Assembly: GCA_034780895.1 (NCBI GenBank)
Contig: JAUZTB010000087.1
Location: 23,882,424 to 23,946,423 of the forward strand
DNA: 64,000 nucleotides
Direction: 5' to 3'
Origin: Rhynchobatus australiae
Taxonomy: Eukaryota
The notes under the pieces are model-generated. The model did not search any database and was not told the origin of the DNA. It saw nothing but the letters and a program-made list of their open reading frames with translations. Below, one piece after another: positions 14,403 to 26,961 of the stretch. The translations under genes and the position numbers were made by a program. Position 1 is the first letter of the stretch; the number at the start of each line of letters is the position of its first letter.

Positions 14403-14900
14403 TTGGCACATCTGGCCTATGCCAGTCACAGAGCAAACATATTACCCAAGAAATTCTCCTTGTACCCTATTCTACACACATTCCCAGTAACTCTCCCCAG
14501 ATTCTACCACTCACCTACACNNNNNNNNNNNNNNNNNNNNNNNNNNNNNNNNNNNNNNNNNNNNNNNNNNNNNNNNNNNNNNNNNNNNNNNNNNNNNNNN
14601 NNNNNNNNNNNNNNNNNNNNCAGAGCAATCATATTACCCCAGAAATTCTCCTTGTACCCTATTCTCCCCACATTCCCAGTAACTCTCCCCAGATTCTACC
14701 ACTCACCTACACACAAGGGGCAATTTATGGTGGCCAATTAGCCTACTGACCCACCTGTTTTTGTAATGTTGGAGGAAACCCTGGGGAAACCCACACAGTC
14801 AATGTGAAGAACATGCAAACTCCACAGAGAAAGCGTCAGCAGTCACGTTGGGTTTGGGTTGCTGGAGCTGTGAGGCAGCAGTTCTACTAGCTGCACCACC
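14403..14900 (-). mobile_element. V-SINE/HE1-like SINE (partly duplicated across a gap)
   Basis: ggaggaaaccc...ggaaacccacacagtc...aacatgcaaactccaca is the reverse complement of the V-core. Confidence 0.7.
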
Positions 14901-16692
14901 ATGTTCATTTAAAATCAGTTTCACAAATTCAATATCAATGTGTTCAGCATTTATTCCTAACAATACATCAAAGCAATAGATTTATATTCATGTGAAAGAG
15001 AAGAAAGAATGACTTTGATACAGAAACAACAACTGGAGAAAGACCACTGTAGGCAAACAAGAATTTGGCTTTTATCCAAATCTTCTCTGTAGAAAAGGTG
15101 AATATAAATATCCCCTCCACCAGCAGCATGGCTTTATTATGATCATGACAGTATTTTGGCATACAGTTAGCTACTTAANNNNNNNNNNAAGCCCATTTGG
15201 AAAATTTTTTGTGCATAAGCTCTTAGGCTTTCACTGCAAGTTACCTGAACAGCATCACAACCTGTTGCTCCTAGGGGTCCATCCTTGCAAATCTCTCTCC
15301 AACTCTGTGGTCAAGCACATCATTTCCGCTCCTCTGGTTTTCCCACAACAGCAATGCTGAGAGTAGGAGTTCCAAATGCAAAGAGATTGTGGCTACAAAC
15401 CCACATCCAACCATTCTAAGATACTGAAGCTCAAAGCACCAACTAAATCCCTCAGAAATGTCCCAGTAATTACATTTTAACTTTATCAATCAGCCCACAT
15501 GTAATTATTGTCCCAAGTCAGACTTGAGAAACAAAGACGTGGACAGAGTGCTAGAGACCTAGTTGTTCCCTGTAGAAAAGTGTATCTCACCATGCATTAT
15601 CTTCAGAATAAGAATGTAGGGATCATGAACTCAACTAATTATAAGGTTGATAGAAATTAATAACAAAATTGATTTTCTTTAGGAAAAAAGATAATGATAA
15701 GCAAGAGAAAAGTCAGTGACTGGTGAACTTTTGCAAGGAAGAACAAATAATGGAACATTATTTGTGCCTCTACCCTGTCAAGCTCCATAACAATTTTGTA
15801 TGGTTCAATGAGATCATTACTCATTTCTCTCAAGTCAAGAGAACTACCTCAAGTTTATCCTTCTTTAGAAAGGGTGCGCAGACTTGTACACAATAACATG
15901 TCCCCATATAATTGGAATCAGACATCTGTACTGTTGCCTTCATATATGTGTAATACTGTACCCTGCCTCAAAATTCAGCTCCAAGCAATGGAATGAATTT
16001 TGGAAGCCTTTACATGGCCTCATTTGGCAGTATCAACCAGGGGTGTATTCCTAGGCCACTGATTGGGGGCGGACCATTGAAAAATTCTCTTCATCTTCTC
16101 TTTATAAATCCATAAATGCTGATAGGATAATTCTGTGTAAATTAAGTTTTGAATAGTGCCAGTGAAGTCCTTTAATGAACACAAACCATTGCTTTGTCCA
16201 ATGGTCTATAATTGCAATAGGACAGAATGGAGATTTTGTTATGATTCCAGAAGTTTTCATGTTAAGAATGTCATATAGAGTTTATCACAGAGGAACAGTC
16301 TACCTGGGCAAATGGTAGCATGCTGGAGTTTGTTCTCCCATTGAATCTCCTCTCAGCTCACTTCATCTCACCACACCTAAATACTGTATGTAATTTATGT
16401 CATGTCATCTGGAACATTTGACAAGACAGAACACAGGAAGCACTCTTAAAAATAATATATCCTCTTCTAATGCCAATAATTATTACCAAAGCATTGAGGT
16501 GTTGGATGCAACTCTGCAAAAAGGAACTTGGCCAGACATCATTAAACTGAAATGTCAACACTGCCTCCCTACTGATATATTCCCTGCATTCTTTTAGGGT
16601 GGGTGGGAGTGCATTATAAAGACGTGTTCATTTTCCTAGTCCAAGGAGAAAGGGTCTGAATTTGTAAACCTTTTAAATTTTTTGTTTTACAG

Positions 16693-16825
16693 TCTAACAA
16701 GGTTCCTGTGGTGCAGCCATCCCACGCAGTCCATCCCCTCACGCCGCTCATCTCCTACAGCAACGAGCACTTTGCCCCTAACTCCCACTCGCCACACCTT
16801 TCATCTGAAATCAACCAGAAAACAG
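16693..16825 (+). CDS. TCF7: TCF7 (TCF/LEF family) internal coding exon, context-dependent regulatory domain
   Basis: ttttacag|TCT...ACAG|gtaag; 133 nt, phase 0 to 1; translates [44 protein letters not shown](G), a hallmark TCF/LEF motif. Confidence 0.93.
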
Positions 16826-17196
16826 GTAAGAGCATCAGCTTTTCTGATTGCCTTTGTGTCAATAATTACAGTAGGTCAGTGCCAGTGATGAAATAACAGA
16901 CACCATGGTAGCATAATGAACATCAAGTACAGGAGGATCAAGTATGGATACCCAACCTCACAGTTCAGTGGAACAGCAAAGTTAGGGAGGGAAGGCAGGG
17001 TACACACAGGCACAGCAGCAAGTGGTCAGGTTCTGGAATACACTACCAGGGTAGTAGTGAAGGGATATTCAATGAATACATTCATAAAGGATATGAGTAA
17101 GTATCTGAAAAAAATGGAATTTGTAGGGCTATGGGGAAGAATAGGGACCTGGGACCAGCTGTATTTCTTTTTTATGAAGCTTGTATGGGCTCAAGG

Positions 17197-17269
17197 TGTC
17201 ACAATGTTGATCAAAGAGCAAGCTCACAGAGAACCCAAATGCAGCACACCAATACAAGACTGGAGTCAG
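17197..17269. mobile_element. LTR-like repeat, copy 3 (left part only; cut by gap)
   Basis: TGTCACAATGTTGATCAAAGAGCAAGCTCACAGAGAACCC..., matches 18924 onward. Confidence 0.8.
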
Positions 17270-17711
17270 NNNNNNNNNNNNNNNNNNNNNNNNNNNNNNN
17301 NNNNNNNNNNNNNNNNNNNNNNNNNNNNNNNNNNNNNNNNNNNNNNNNNNNNNNNNNNNNNNNNNNNNNTTCTCCATGGAGGCTGCCTGGCCTGCTGAGT
17401 TCCTCCAGCATCATTGTGTTTTTCATCTAGATTCCAGCAACTGCGGTTTCTCTATTTTCATTAGGGGATGCCATACTGAAACCAACAATGTTAGTCTCTG
17501 TGTAGGATGACCCACAATACAGACTTAACACCAGAAAATAGCATGGAGCACTTCCTAGACCATAGTGCATTTAAACCACTTCTTGTTTTTTTCAGATCAG
17601 ATAGCTATAAAAGTATATAAAGTCCAGTGTTGCTTTTATATAAGCTCTGTGGAAATAAAGTAAAAATAATGCCTGAAATGTGCTTTAGCAATAACTATAG
17701 CTCCAAAGATG

Positions 17712-18150
17712 GTGATCACTCTCTAAGTCAGAAGGTTCTAGATTTAAATTCCATGGCAAAACCTGAACACAAAAATTTACATTGACATGTAAGGGCAGCA
17801 CTGATGGAATGCCACACTCTCACAAGTACAGACTTTGGATAGGATGTTAAAATGAGGCACTGTCTGCGTTCTCAGGTAGAATAAAGATCTCATGGCATTA
17901 TTCTGTAGAGAAGGGATACTCTGATATCCTGCCCTATACTTATCCCACAATCAACATCAATAAAAGTACAAATTATCTTGTCAAAGTTGCATCAATATTT
18001 ATGGAATTTTGTTGTGTGCAAATCAACTGCTGTATTTCTGACACTGCAAGACTAATTATTCTTCAAAAGTATTTGTTTGTTAGGCCATAAGTTGCTTTGG
18101 GATGTTCAGTACGGGATGTGAAAGCCCCCAATGTATGACATTTTTTTTCT
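17712..18150 (+). mobile_element. Ancient tRNA-derived SINE (SacSINE1/DeuSINE-like)
   Basis: ctctaagtcagaaggtt...gatgttaaaatgaggc...ctcaggtaga.taaagatctcatggca; same family as 8845-9225. Confidence 0.55.
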
Positions 18151-18923
18151 TTTTTTACTGGTTTTACATCAGTACTTAACTCAGCACAGAACAGGAAGCA
18201 AAGCTGGAATCATCACAATCTGTTTTCTTTACTGTACAAGAAACTTCAGTAGATTTTCCAGGGTTTTTCTGGATCTGTGGGGAACCCACCTCTGGCCTGG
18301 GAGCTTGACATGCTACTGGGGGTCCCTGCTACATGAATCCTACTGAGACATCACTAAGACCTTGTTTCACTTTCAAGAAATTTCATGCCACTCTGTCCCA
18401 TTATTAATTAAGTGATTTTTTTTTCATGATCCATTTAAGGAGTGCCCAATGTTGTAAATTGCAATTTAGGAGTAGAAAAGGGCATTACATGATATAATCT
18501 AAGTAGAAGAACTCCCAAATTAAATTGCCAAGGGCCAAAATAAGACACTTTTCAAGAAGATTCCATCAATAGTTATTCCAAAAGTGGCAGATGCAATAGG
18601 TGTTTACAGGGTTTACCTGCTGAGAAAATTTCTGAAAGGGAAAAGATGCATTTGCTGTTTTTTTTAAAAATCCCAGATTCATGTTTTCTTTGTTGGATTT
18701 TTAACTGTGCATTAGATGTAATCCTCCAATGTTTCATTTGTGCATTTCATGAGTTTTCTCAATACTCCTGGTTTCTTTTGTTCAGATATTGTATCAAAGA
18801 AATAGAAGTGAGTAATTTTTATTAATTCCAAACACTCAAAAGTTTTAAAAATTAAAATAAATGATTTGTGAGGACCTAGCAAATGCATAGGCAAAGGAAT
18901 CCCAAACCACACATATTGCTACC

Positions 18924-19320
18924 TGTCACAATGTCAATCAAAGAGCAAGCTCACAGAGAACCCAAATGCAGCACACTAATACAAGACTGGAGTCAGGATA
19001 CTTCCTCTGGACAAAACACAGGCAGCAACAGGAAGGAATCTTGCCTCAGAGATCTGAAGAGGAATCCCAACGCAAACTGGATCTTCAGAAACAAATAGAG
19101 AATACAGGACTGCTCTTGAGTAGACCACTCTAAGCAGCTAGGAACTAAAGGAAGACCAATACTCTAGCAACTAGTGCTAGAGAAACACAGGTACTTATGC
19201 TAGGCCCCTGATGGGGCTCAGGTGTGTGTCATTATATAATCAGCCCAGCATGGAATCCATGTGCTGGACAACAAGGCATTAAAAGAGCCATATTGAGGGC
19301 CAGAACTCAGAACCATGACA
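18924..19320. mobile_element. LTR-like repeat, copy 4 (complete, 397 bp)
   Basis: TGTCA...TGACA inverted termini (TG..CA rule); no gap inside. Confidence 0.85.
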
Positions 19321-22300
19321 CAAGGGGCCAAATGGCCTGTTTCCTTGCTTTTACCATTCTGTTATTCTGAGCTGTAGTGCTATGGAGTACAGATGTCTGT
19401 TGCTTTAATCCACTCCACTGTTCCCCATTGGAGCAATACCTTGGTGTCCCCTTTATCAAAATGAAGGGAAAATCAGAGGTGGAGGTCATTATGGACAGAC
19501 TCTGGGACTTTGTTACAAAATGGCTGCAAGTGGTTTCTATAAGAGGCCATAAACCCCACGTTGTAGCAGTAGCCATGATAATAAATCAGAGGAAAAAGAA
19601 ATGATTAAACTCTGCAGTGGTCTGCAACAATTTTACTGAATAGAAGGGCATTCATTCAAAGAGCAGTAGACAAGCTGTCAAAGTACTCTGAATCAAAAAA
19701 AGTCCTTTTATAAAAACTCCTCATGCTGGGTTCATGAAGACCTTCCTGTTATATTTCCTATAACATTTTTCCACAATTCATCCTCCTTCAAAGGAGCTTC
19801 TATAAACCCTTTTGCCATTTTGTCAGATACTTGTTTCCAACAAGAAAATAAGATTGGAAAAATTGGTGCTGAAGTAGGTATTCGACAAGAGAACTTACCC
19901 TGTCAGCACCTTCCTGAAGAGTTAAGGCATTGACATTTTCTCCCAGTCTAAAAAAAATCCCCAACACAGTCCCTTTACATCTCAGTTAAGGGAACTACCT
20001 GGAATACTTAGTGAGTAAGCACTTTGTATAATGCACTACTGAACCTCACACGCCACAAGGTTGGATTCTAAAAAAACACTGAATTATTGATCTCAATCAG
20101 GAGATTGATCTCAAATTTGTCAGACTAAATTTAAAGGATTTCTGGTAATTTCTGTTGGAAAGTAAATACTTGTGAAAAGTTGGTGCAGAAAACAAAGTGA
20201 AAGTCAAGTTTATTGTCATATGCACTAGTATATGTATCCACAGGTGCAATGAAAAACACCTAACCCAAAATATCCCATAAAACCCACTAATCCCAAAGAC
20301 AGAAGGACCAATCAGAATATAAGGCTCAGTGACAACCATGGAAAAACTTGTTCAGAGATATTTTTTCCAAATAAACCATGACAAATATAAATGCCAGCAA
20401 CATTATGCATGAAACCTACACTGGGTGTTAGACAGTGGTTTAACCTTTTCCTTCCCAAACACGTTAAGCACATGTAAATTAATTTAAAAAATGCATGTTT
20501 GTGGTATACTTGTGTCAGGGATTTGACCAGAAATAACAGAGAAAAGCCAAAGTGATCTTTACATTGTGAGTAATATCTAAATGTCAGGTCAGGTCAACAT
20601 GAGAGTAAGCTTTGGAGTCTGTGCTACATAAAGAAGTTGTGTCATCATGTTTGGGAGCTCTATGGTCAGATTGAGTTTGTGAACTTGGAGTTTGCTCTGA
20701 AAACTTAGTTGGATTTGAAGAAGTGGAGTTCACTTGGTTGTGGACCTGTAGAAGGAAACAGGTAGTTGGTGTGGATGGCCACGATACTCTCTATTATCTC
20801 TCTGCATCTACGTTTTATCNNNNNNNNNNNNNNNNNNNNNNNNNNNNNNNNNNNNNNNNNNNNNNNNNNNNNNNNNNNNNNNNNNNNNNNNNNNNNNNNN
20901 NNNNNNNNNNNNNNNNNNNAGTTTAGTTAGTTTTTGGGAGTTAATGTTCGGGGTTTAACATTTTTACTTCTAACATTTCTAACATTTTTACTTTTAAAGG
21001 TAAAATGATGAACACTACAATTTGTATTAGAGGAAATAATCTGGCATTCAATTCATTAAGATTTTCTCATAGCAGTCTTTCATTTTATTGATGCTCATTT
21101 CTATCAATAAATTTGCATCACATGTTATTAACCAAGGTACATGGTATTTATTAACCAAGGTACCAGATAGGTACATGGTAGGCTTTATGGTCCTTTCCAG
21201 CTTTATCCCAAACTAATATCCCCTAGGAATCAATTGACTAAAAATTGGATTACACCCATTTTTAATGTGCAGGTTGCAAAATTGGCTAAGTTGAAAGTTT
21301 GGCCACAGAGCAGTGGTACACACATTAACTCCCATGGAGAAGGCAAAAGCTTCAGGGAGAAAAAGATTGCTCCCTTGGTCATCCAAAGGGTCATGCAACT
21401 CCTGATCAATGAGATACATGCCAGAAGAAAGGTCATGTGCCTCATAGAGCCAGTTGTCTCATCAGACCCACCATAAGAAGAGGCCAGCATGAGTTGGCTT
21501 CAGTGGTCTCCTCTAGAGGGAGAACCCTCCAATAAATGGAGCAATGCTGGAAGACATTTTGTGATCTCACCAGACATAAGGGAATCTGCTGACTGATCTA
21601 CTGGAAAATATTTTTCATGTATACATCTGAGTTTCTTTAAGGACTGCTGCTTGCCAGGGTATGTTGTAGAAAGACATCAAAGTAAATGGAGCTGGGATTC
21701 TTTCCATTCATGTGTTATTTTCAATGGGGGTGAACATTGACAGCAGGTATGAGGGGATTTTATTCAACAAATAGGCACTCTTTGATCATAATTGGTGTAC
21801 TATGTTGGTGTTAAGGATTGTAATGGGGAAATGATCTTTTGGTTTGTATTAAAAGCTGAAAATACTGGGGTACTCAATTTATCATGGAGCATCTATGGAA
21901 AGAGAAACTGAGTTAATACTTCCACCCAAGGCTCCTCAGCAGAACTAGAAAAGTGAGAAAGCAAGGTGTGATTGAAGTTGCAGAGATAGTGTGGGGTGGA
22001 GAGATCAGCCCTTCTCTTAGATGGTGCCAGAAGCTATTGTGTCAAACTTAGTTTCCATCTTATCATAGATATTCCTTTAGTTTCCTTTGTGTCCCTATAA
22101 ATAGTTAAAGAAAAGCTGCAAACTACCACAATACTTGTAATACTTGCCCTAGCGAGTGTCCCACAGCAGCATTGACTCCAGTTTATTTGGGTAGAGGCGG
22201 AAATGGCATCACACCAGTAATGACATCATTTGGTGCACACATAGCACTAGGGAACTGTCAAGTGCACTGAGGTGAATAACATACAGAAGTACCTGGAACA

Positions 22301-25300
22301 ATTTTGTGTCTGGTACAATTTCAGCGGGAATGATCTCCAGGTGAATGGACCAAGTAGCAGTCAAAACAGGTGCAAAATGATGAATTTTCAAGACTAATGT
22401 TCCAGATGGTATCTTGTCCAGTTGTCAAACTCAGCGTGCATCTCTGATGCACTTTTGGAACAAATTTTCAGAAGTGTCACATCTCAAAAACATTCATATT
22501 GGGACAGTTCAGTTTATCATTATCTGTTGTACCAGCTGCTTATATACAGGAAATTTGTGAGTCAAGAATTCCTATGTGCACTCTTCTTAAACTTTTACAA
22601 CAGTAATAATGAATTAGTCATTTACTTAAGACTCTGAAAGGTCAGTAAAGCTGACTGATAGCCTTGTGCTAAATCTACATTCCAGTGTGGAGTAGTGAAG
22701 CAGTATTGTGCTGGATTTGAATAGGGTAAGCTGTTTCATGTACAGACACAGAGTGGAAATTTAAGTGATTATATATTGTTTAAAGTTTCAAACGAGACTG
22801 CAGATAACTGTTATACTGTAGCTGATTCGTCCAATCTTAAAAGAACAAGTGGTACAATTGTGGCTGTTAACTGACACTGCAACACACTAAAATGTGTCCT
22901 TTCATCATTAAATGCAAGGAATACACAGCATGATAATGGACCATTTAGGAGTAAGGACTCATAGTTTACAAAGAAAGATAATTTCCTGGCCAGCAGCTGT
23001 TGAAGGAGGTGAAAGAAACACTATTATGTCACCAATATTTCATGGATAATCAAAAAGAATATTGAAAAATGGTCCTGTCATTATCGTCTCTCATTTAACT
23101 GATTTGCATCCTGGATGATACTTTCTGCACAGAAGGAATATTGCATTGAATAGAAAGCTCTAGATTATTATACAGTCCTTGCATTTTTTGTTCAGAAACA
23201 TAGGGACAGAAATTGGTCAGTCAGATGAACTTGAATGAGGACATTGGTGTGCTGTGGTTTATTAAATTAGAGATGACCAATTCTTACAAAAGAAGATGTA
23301 TCTTCAAAAGAAGTATTGGTTAAAGATAAGGTAACAAATCTAATTAGCATTAAAATGCTTTTTATTGTCCAGAGACAATTAAAGGTACTGTATAGATGCA
23401 GTTACCAACTACCATAAATGTAATAAATCCAATAAGGAATTCATGAGTGATTGGAATGTGGACTTGTTACCACAGAAAGTAATTTCTGTGACCCAGTGTG
23501 CACTGGACTTGGGGAATCCAAAATGAGCACATTTTTCCAACCTACATGGGATGCCTACATATCCTGTTATTACTGCTCCTGTCAGTGCCTAGTGACCCCA
23601 TCAGGAAAGGTATATGTGGGTGCCACATGTTTGAATGCTTGGCCAACGTTTGCTATCTGGAATTATACATGAGTTAGATATAGTCAGTACCACTATGACC
23701 AGCTGGTATCACAAGTTAGTGTCTTCAAATATTTGGGAATACCAATAAAAACATACTTTACATTAGATATTGTACCACAAAACTTCTGAGTAGGAGTCAT
23801 TAGACTCAGCTTCCTGGGAGGGAAGGAAGACAGGGAGAGAAATTAAATGAATGTGTCCTCAGTGCAGTAGTAGCTGGATGTTATACTCTGCTTCTAAAGC
23901 ATGGTTCTGTAAAAATCAGTGAAAGTGAATTTAGGCTGCAGAGTACAATGTGCAATGTGAGTTTAGCTTAAGCAATAAAGAAGCCTGTATATTTGGAAGT
24001 AGGATGAGGGGAACTTGCTGGAAATGCACAACAGCAATACTTTTATGGAATCTTTTATGAAATTTAGAATACTTTTCACATGTTGCAAGTTGACAAAGAA
24101 ACACTAGCAGTGATTGTAGTAATTTCTGCAGGTTTGATTTCCCTGTGCCTGGGTAAAGGGAGATCATGGTTAAGTGAGGCTTTGTATATTTGAGAACTAG
24201 GAGCTAAATATAAAGAACCATATGGGTTAATGTCCTTGCATGGTTCCTGCTATGGCTCAGAAATGCAATGCCAGAAGTTGACATTGGCTTCCAAGAAAAC
24301 CACAGCAAAGAACTGCAAACAACTGAAAATGAAACCACAGTGTATTCTGCACGCTAATCTTTGAGAACATGGTGGATTCAGAGGGCTTTAAAAACATCAC
24401 GTAGACTTTTAATTTATAAATGTCCACAGTCAAAAGCGTACATGAAGCTATTACTTGGAAATATATTTATGAATACTAACATTATTAGAGATCCCCTGCT
24501 AGTTCAGCAGGTATATCTATTACAAAAGGTTGTTCTGAACATATGGACCAGGAAGTCTCCTGCTCAGTTTCTTGCCTGTGCTGAGTTAACTGAATTTACT
24601 GGACCAAAAGGGAGCAGGAATTGGCTTTGCTGTTCCTGCTTTGGGATGGAGTGGGTGGGGATAAACACAGTTTTCAGATCACTGTACACTGACTCTTGCT
24701 AGAATGTACATGTGTGTGATTATCAAGCGTAGTCAGGGTTTGTGTCAGTAATAGTATCCCTCACAGTCAGCTAATTTGCTAACATTCACTGTAAAATATT
24801 TCTTTGCATTAGTACTGGAGAGCTGATGGCTGTTTGGAACAGAACATCNNNNNNNNNNNNNNNNNNNNNNNNNNNNNNNNNNNNNNNNNNNNNNNNNNNN
24901 NNNNNNNNNNNNNNNNNNNNNNNNNNNNNNNNNNNNNNNNNNNNNNNNACATCATCATCATTCAGGAAGGATGCGGGCAAAACTAGGAAGACAATCTATG
25001 TTTTGTCTACATTTTTAAGATAAAAATTAATTAAGTTCAATATTTTTCATATTAACCTCTAAAATGGGTATTTCTTAATGTAAAGTAGGAAAGATTGAAA
25101 GATTGATCACGTGTAAATGTCACTTCATAATCCAAGCACCCACAGTGAACCTACATGTGAAGGAAGCATTGGCCAACAGAAGAGTTATATCATTGTGGCG
25201 CTATGACTCCTTAAGTGCTTTCATGGTGAGGACAAGAGGTTAAGCCACTAACCTTCACACTTGAGCACATGTTTCAGTAGAAATTGGTATTTGTTGCATC

Positions 25301-25504
25301 CATTTTCAAAGTGTAATATTACAAGTGGTATCATTTGAATGGTTGGGAACCCTGTATCTACTCTCTGCAACCACTCACTGGCTCATTTTTATGTTATCAA
25401 CAGCATAAGGCTGCTTTATTATATTCATGCCTATTAAAAATATCTTCCATATAATTAGTTACCAGTGAATAAAACATGCCACACACCTGCCTCATCCAGG
25501 GACA

Positions 25505-26122
25505 TTCAGCAGTCTCAAAATGTTTGCAGGTCATGGTGCAGTTGTACAGGATGCTGGTGAGGCTGCATTTGGAATATTGTGTTGCCCTGCTATTGGAAAT
25601 ATGTTATTACACTGGAATGAGTACAGAAAAGATCTACAAGGATGCTGCCAAGATGCGGGGGACTGGGTTATAGGGAGAGGTCAGACAGGCTAGGGCTTTA
25701 TTCCTTGGAGCGTAAGAGATTGAGAGGTGATCATATAGAGGTGTATAAGATCATGGGGGGCATAGATAGTAAAAGCACTATGCACTGTACACTGTGAATG
25801 CACTGTCCTTTTCCCAGAGTTGGGGTATCAAGAGCTAGAAGACATAGGTTTAAGGTGAGAGGGGAAAGATTTAAGGGGAACTTGAGGGGCAACTTTTTTT
25901 CACAAAGGATGGTATCCATCTGGAATGAGCTGCCAAAGGAAGTGGTTGAGACAAGTACAATAACAACTTTTAAAAGACAGTTGGACAGGTACATGGATTG
26001 GAAAGGTTTAGAAGGTCATGGGCCAAACACAGGCAAATGGAACTAGCTTGGATGGGGCATCTTTGTTGGCATAGACCAGTTGGGCCAAAGGGCCAGTTTC
26101 CAAGCTGTATAACTCTATGACT
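25505..26122 (+). mobile_element. CR1 LINE 3' end
   Basis: LYRMLVRLHLEYCV and FFSQRMVSIWNELPKEVV...FKRQLD are CR1 ORF2 C-terminal motifs; tail ctgtataactctatgact. Confidence 0.9.
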
Positions 26123-26870
26123 CGAAGCGCCAGCTAAAGAACTATTCCTTTTAATCTTCAGAGAACAAAAGGACTGGAATTTTCCCCCAACTCAAGCCAA
26201 TTCAATTTACATCCTCACCTCACTTCCTGCACAGCCTTGATATCCCAAAATGCCAGTCTACCAGAGCTTAATTCAAAGTTGCCCCCAGACCTGAAATTGA
26301 TTTCCTGTGGGGTGAGCTACCTGCAGGGAGGGCAGAGCAGGCAGGTGTTCTGCTATGTAGCTTTCTCCAGCCCAACGACTTTTCTTGGATAACAACAGTG
26401 GCCATCAAAGAGAGAGGGAGACAGCAGCTTCCTTCACATCCAGCCAGAGGTGAAGAGAGGGACCCTAGGATCCAGGTGGTCTGTCAGCACATAGAGCAGC
26501 TGCTGCCAGTCCCCAGAAATGCCCCACATTCACCACACTGACCAGGATGCAGCCATGAAGTCTTCTTCTCAGCACTGAATGGCCTCACCGGCAGTCTCTG
26601 CACATGGAAGTTCGTTCAAGAATGAGGCATGTGGCCATTGAGAGGCAGGAGTTCTCACCAGGTTCCCAACATGGCAGTGTGCAGCTCAAGCGGACTTACT
26701 TTTTTAAAGTACAATAGGGTATAAACCTCCAAGTGTTCAGACTTGAGGATCAAGAGCTCTATAACAAATCAGTACTCTGCAGGATACCAGTGTATGTATA
26801 CATATATTTGTGAGTTCTTGACTGCATGTGACAATTAAAGGTTTGTAATTGTCAATTTTATTTTGTGCAG

Positions 26871-26961
26871 GTTTGCATAGATCTCCTCAGGGTCCGGATC
26901 TGGCTGCTTTCTATTCTATGTCTCCTGGTAGTGTAGGACAGATCACCCCTACAATGGGCTG
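26871..26961 (+). CDS. TCF7: TCF7 internal coding exon
   Basis: ttttgtgcag|GT...GGCTG|gtaagt; 91 nt, phase 1 to 2; (G)LHRSPQGPDLAAFYSMSPGSVGQITPTMG(W), matches the TCF/LEF 'FY.LSPG.VGQI' motif. Confidence 0.93.

Noticed and set aside
14429-14710. Direct repeat of about 90 bp on both sides of a 100-N gap (similar cases at 2655-2830, 7567-7684 and 62451-62569)
   Set aside because: The duplicated sequence abuts fixed-length gaps, typical of unmerged overlapping contig ends or haplotypes.
1-16692. Search for upstream TCF7 exons (beta-catenin-binding domain)
   Set aside because: No matching peptide with splice sites was found; the region looks like one large intron, though small exons could be missed or sit in gaps.
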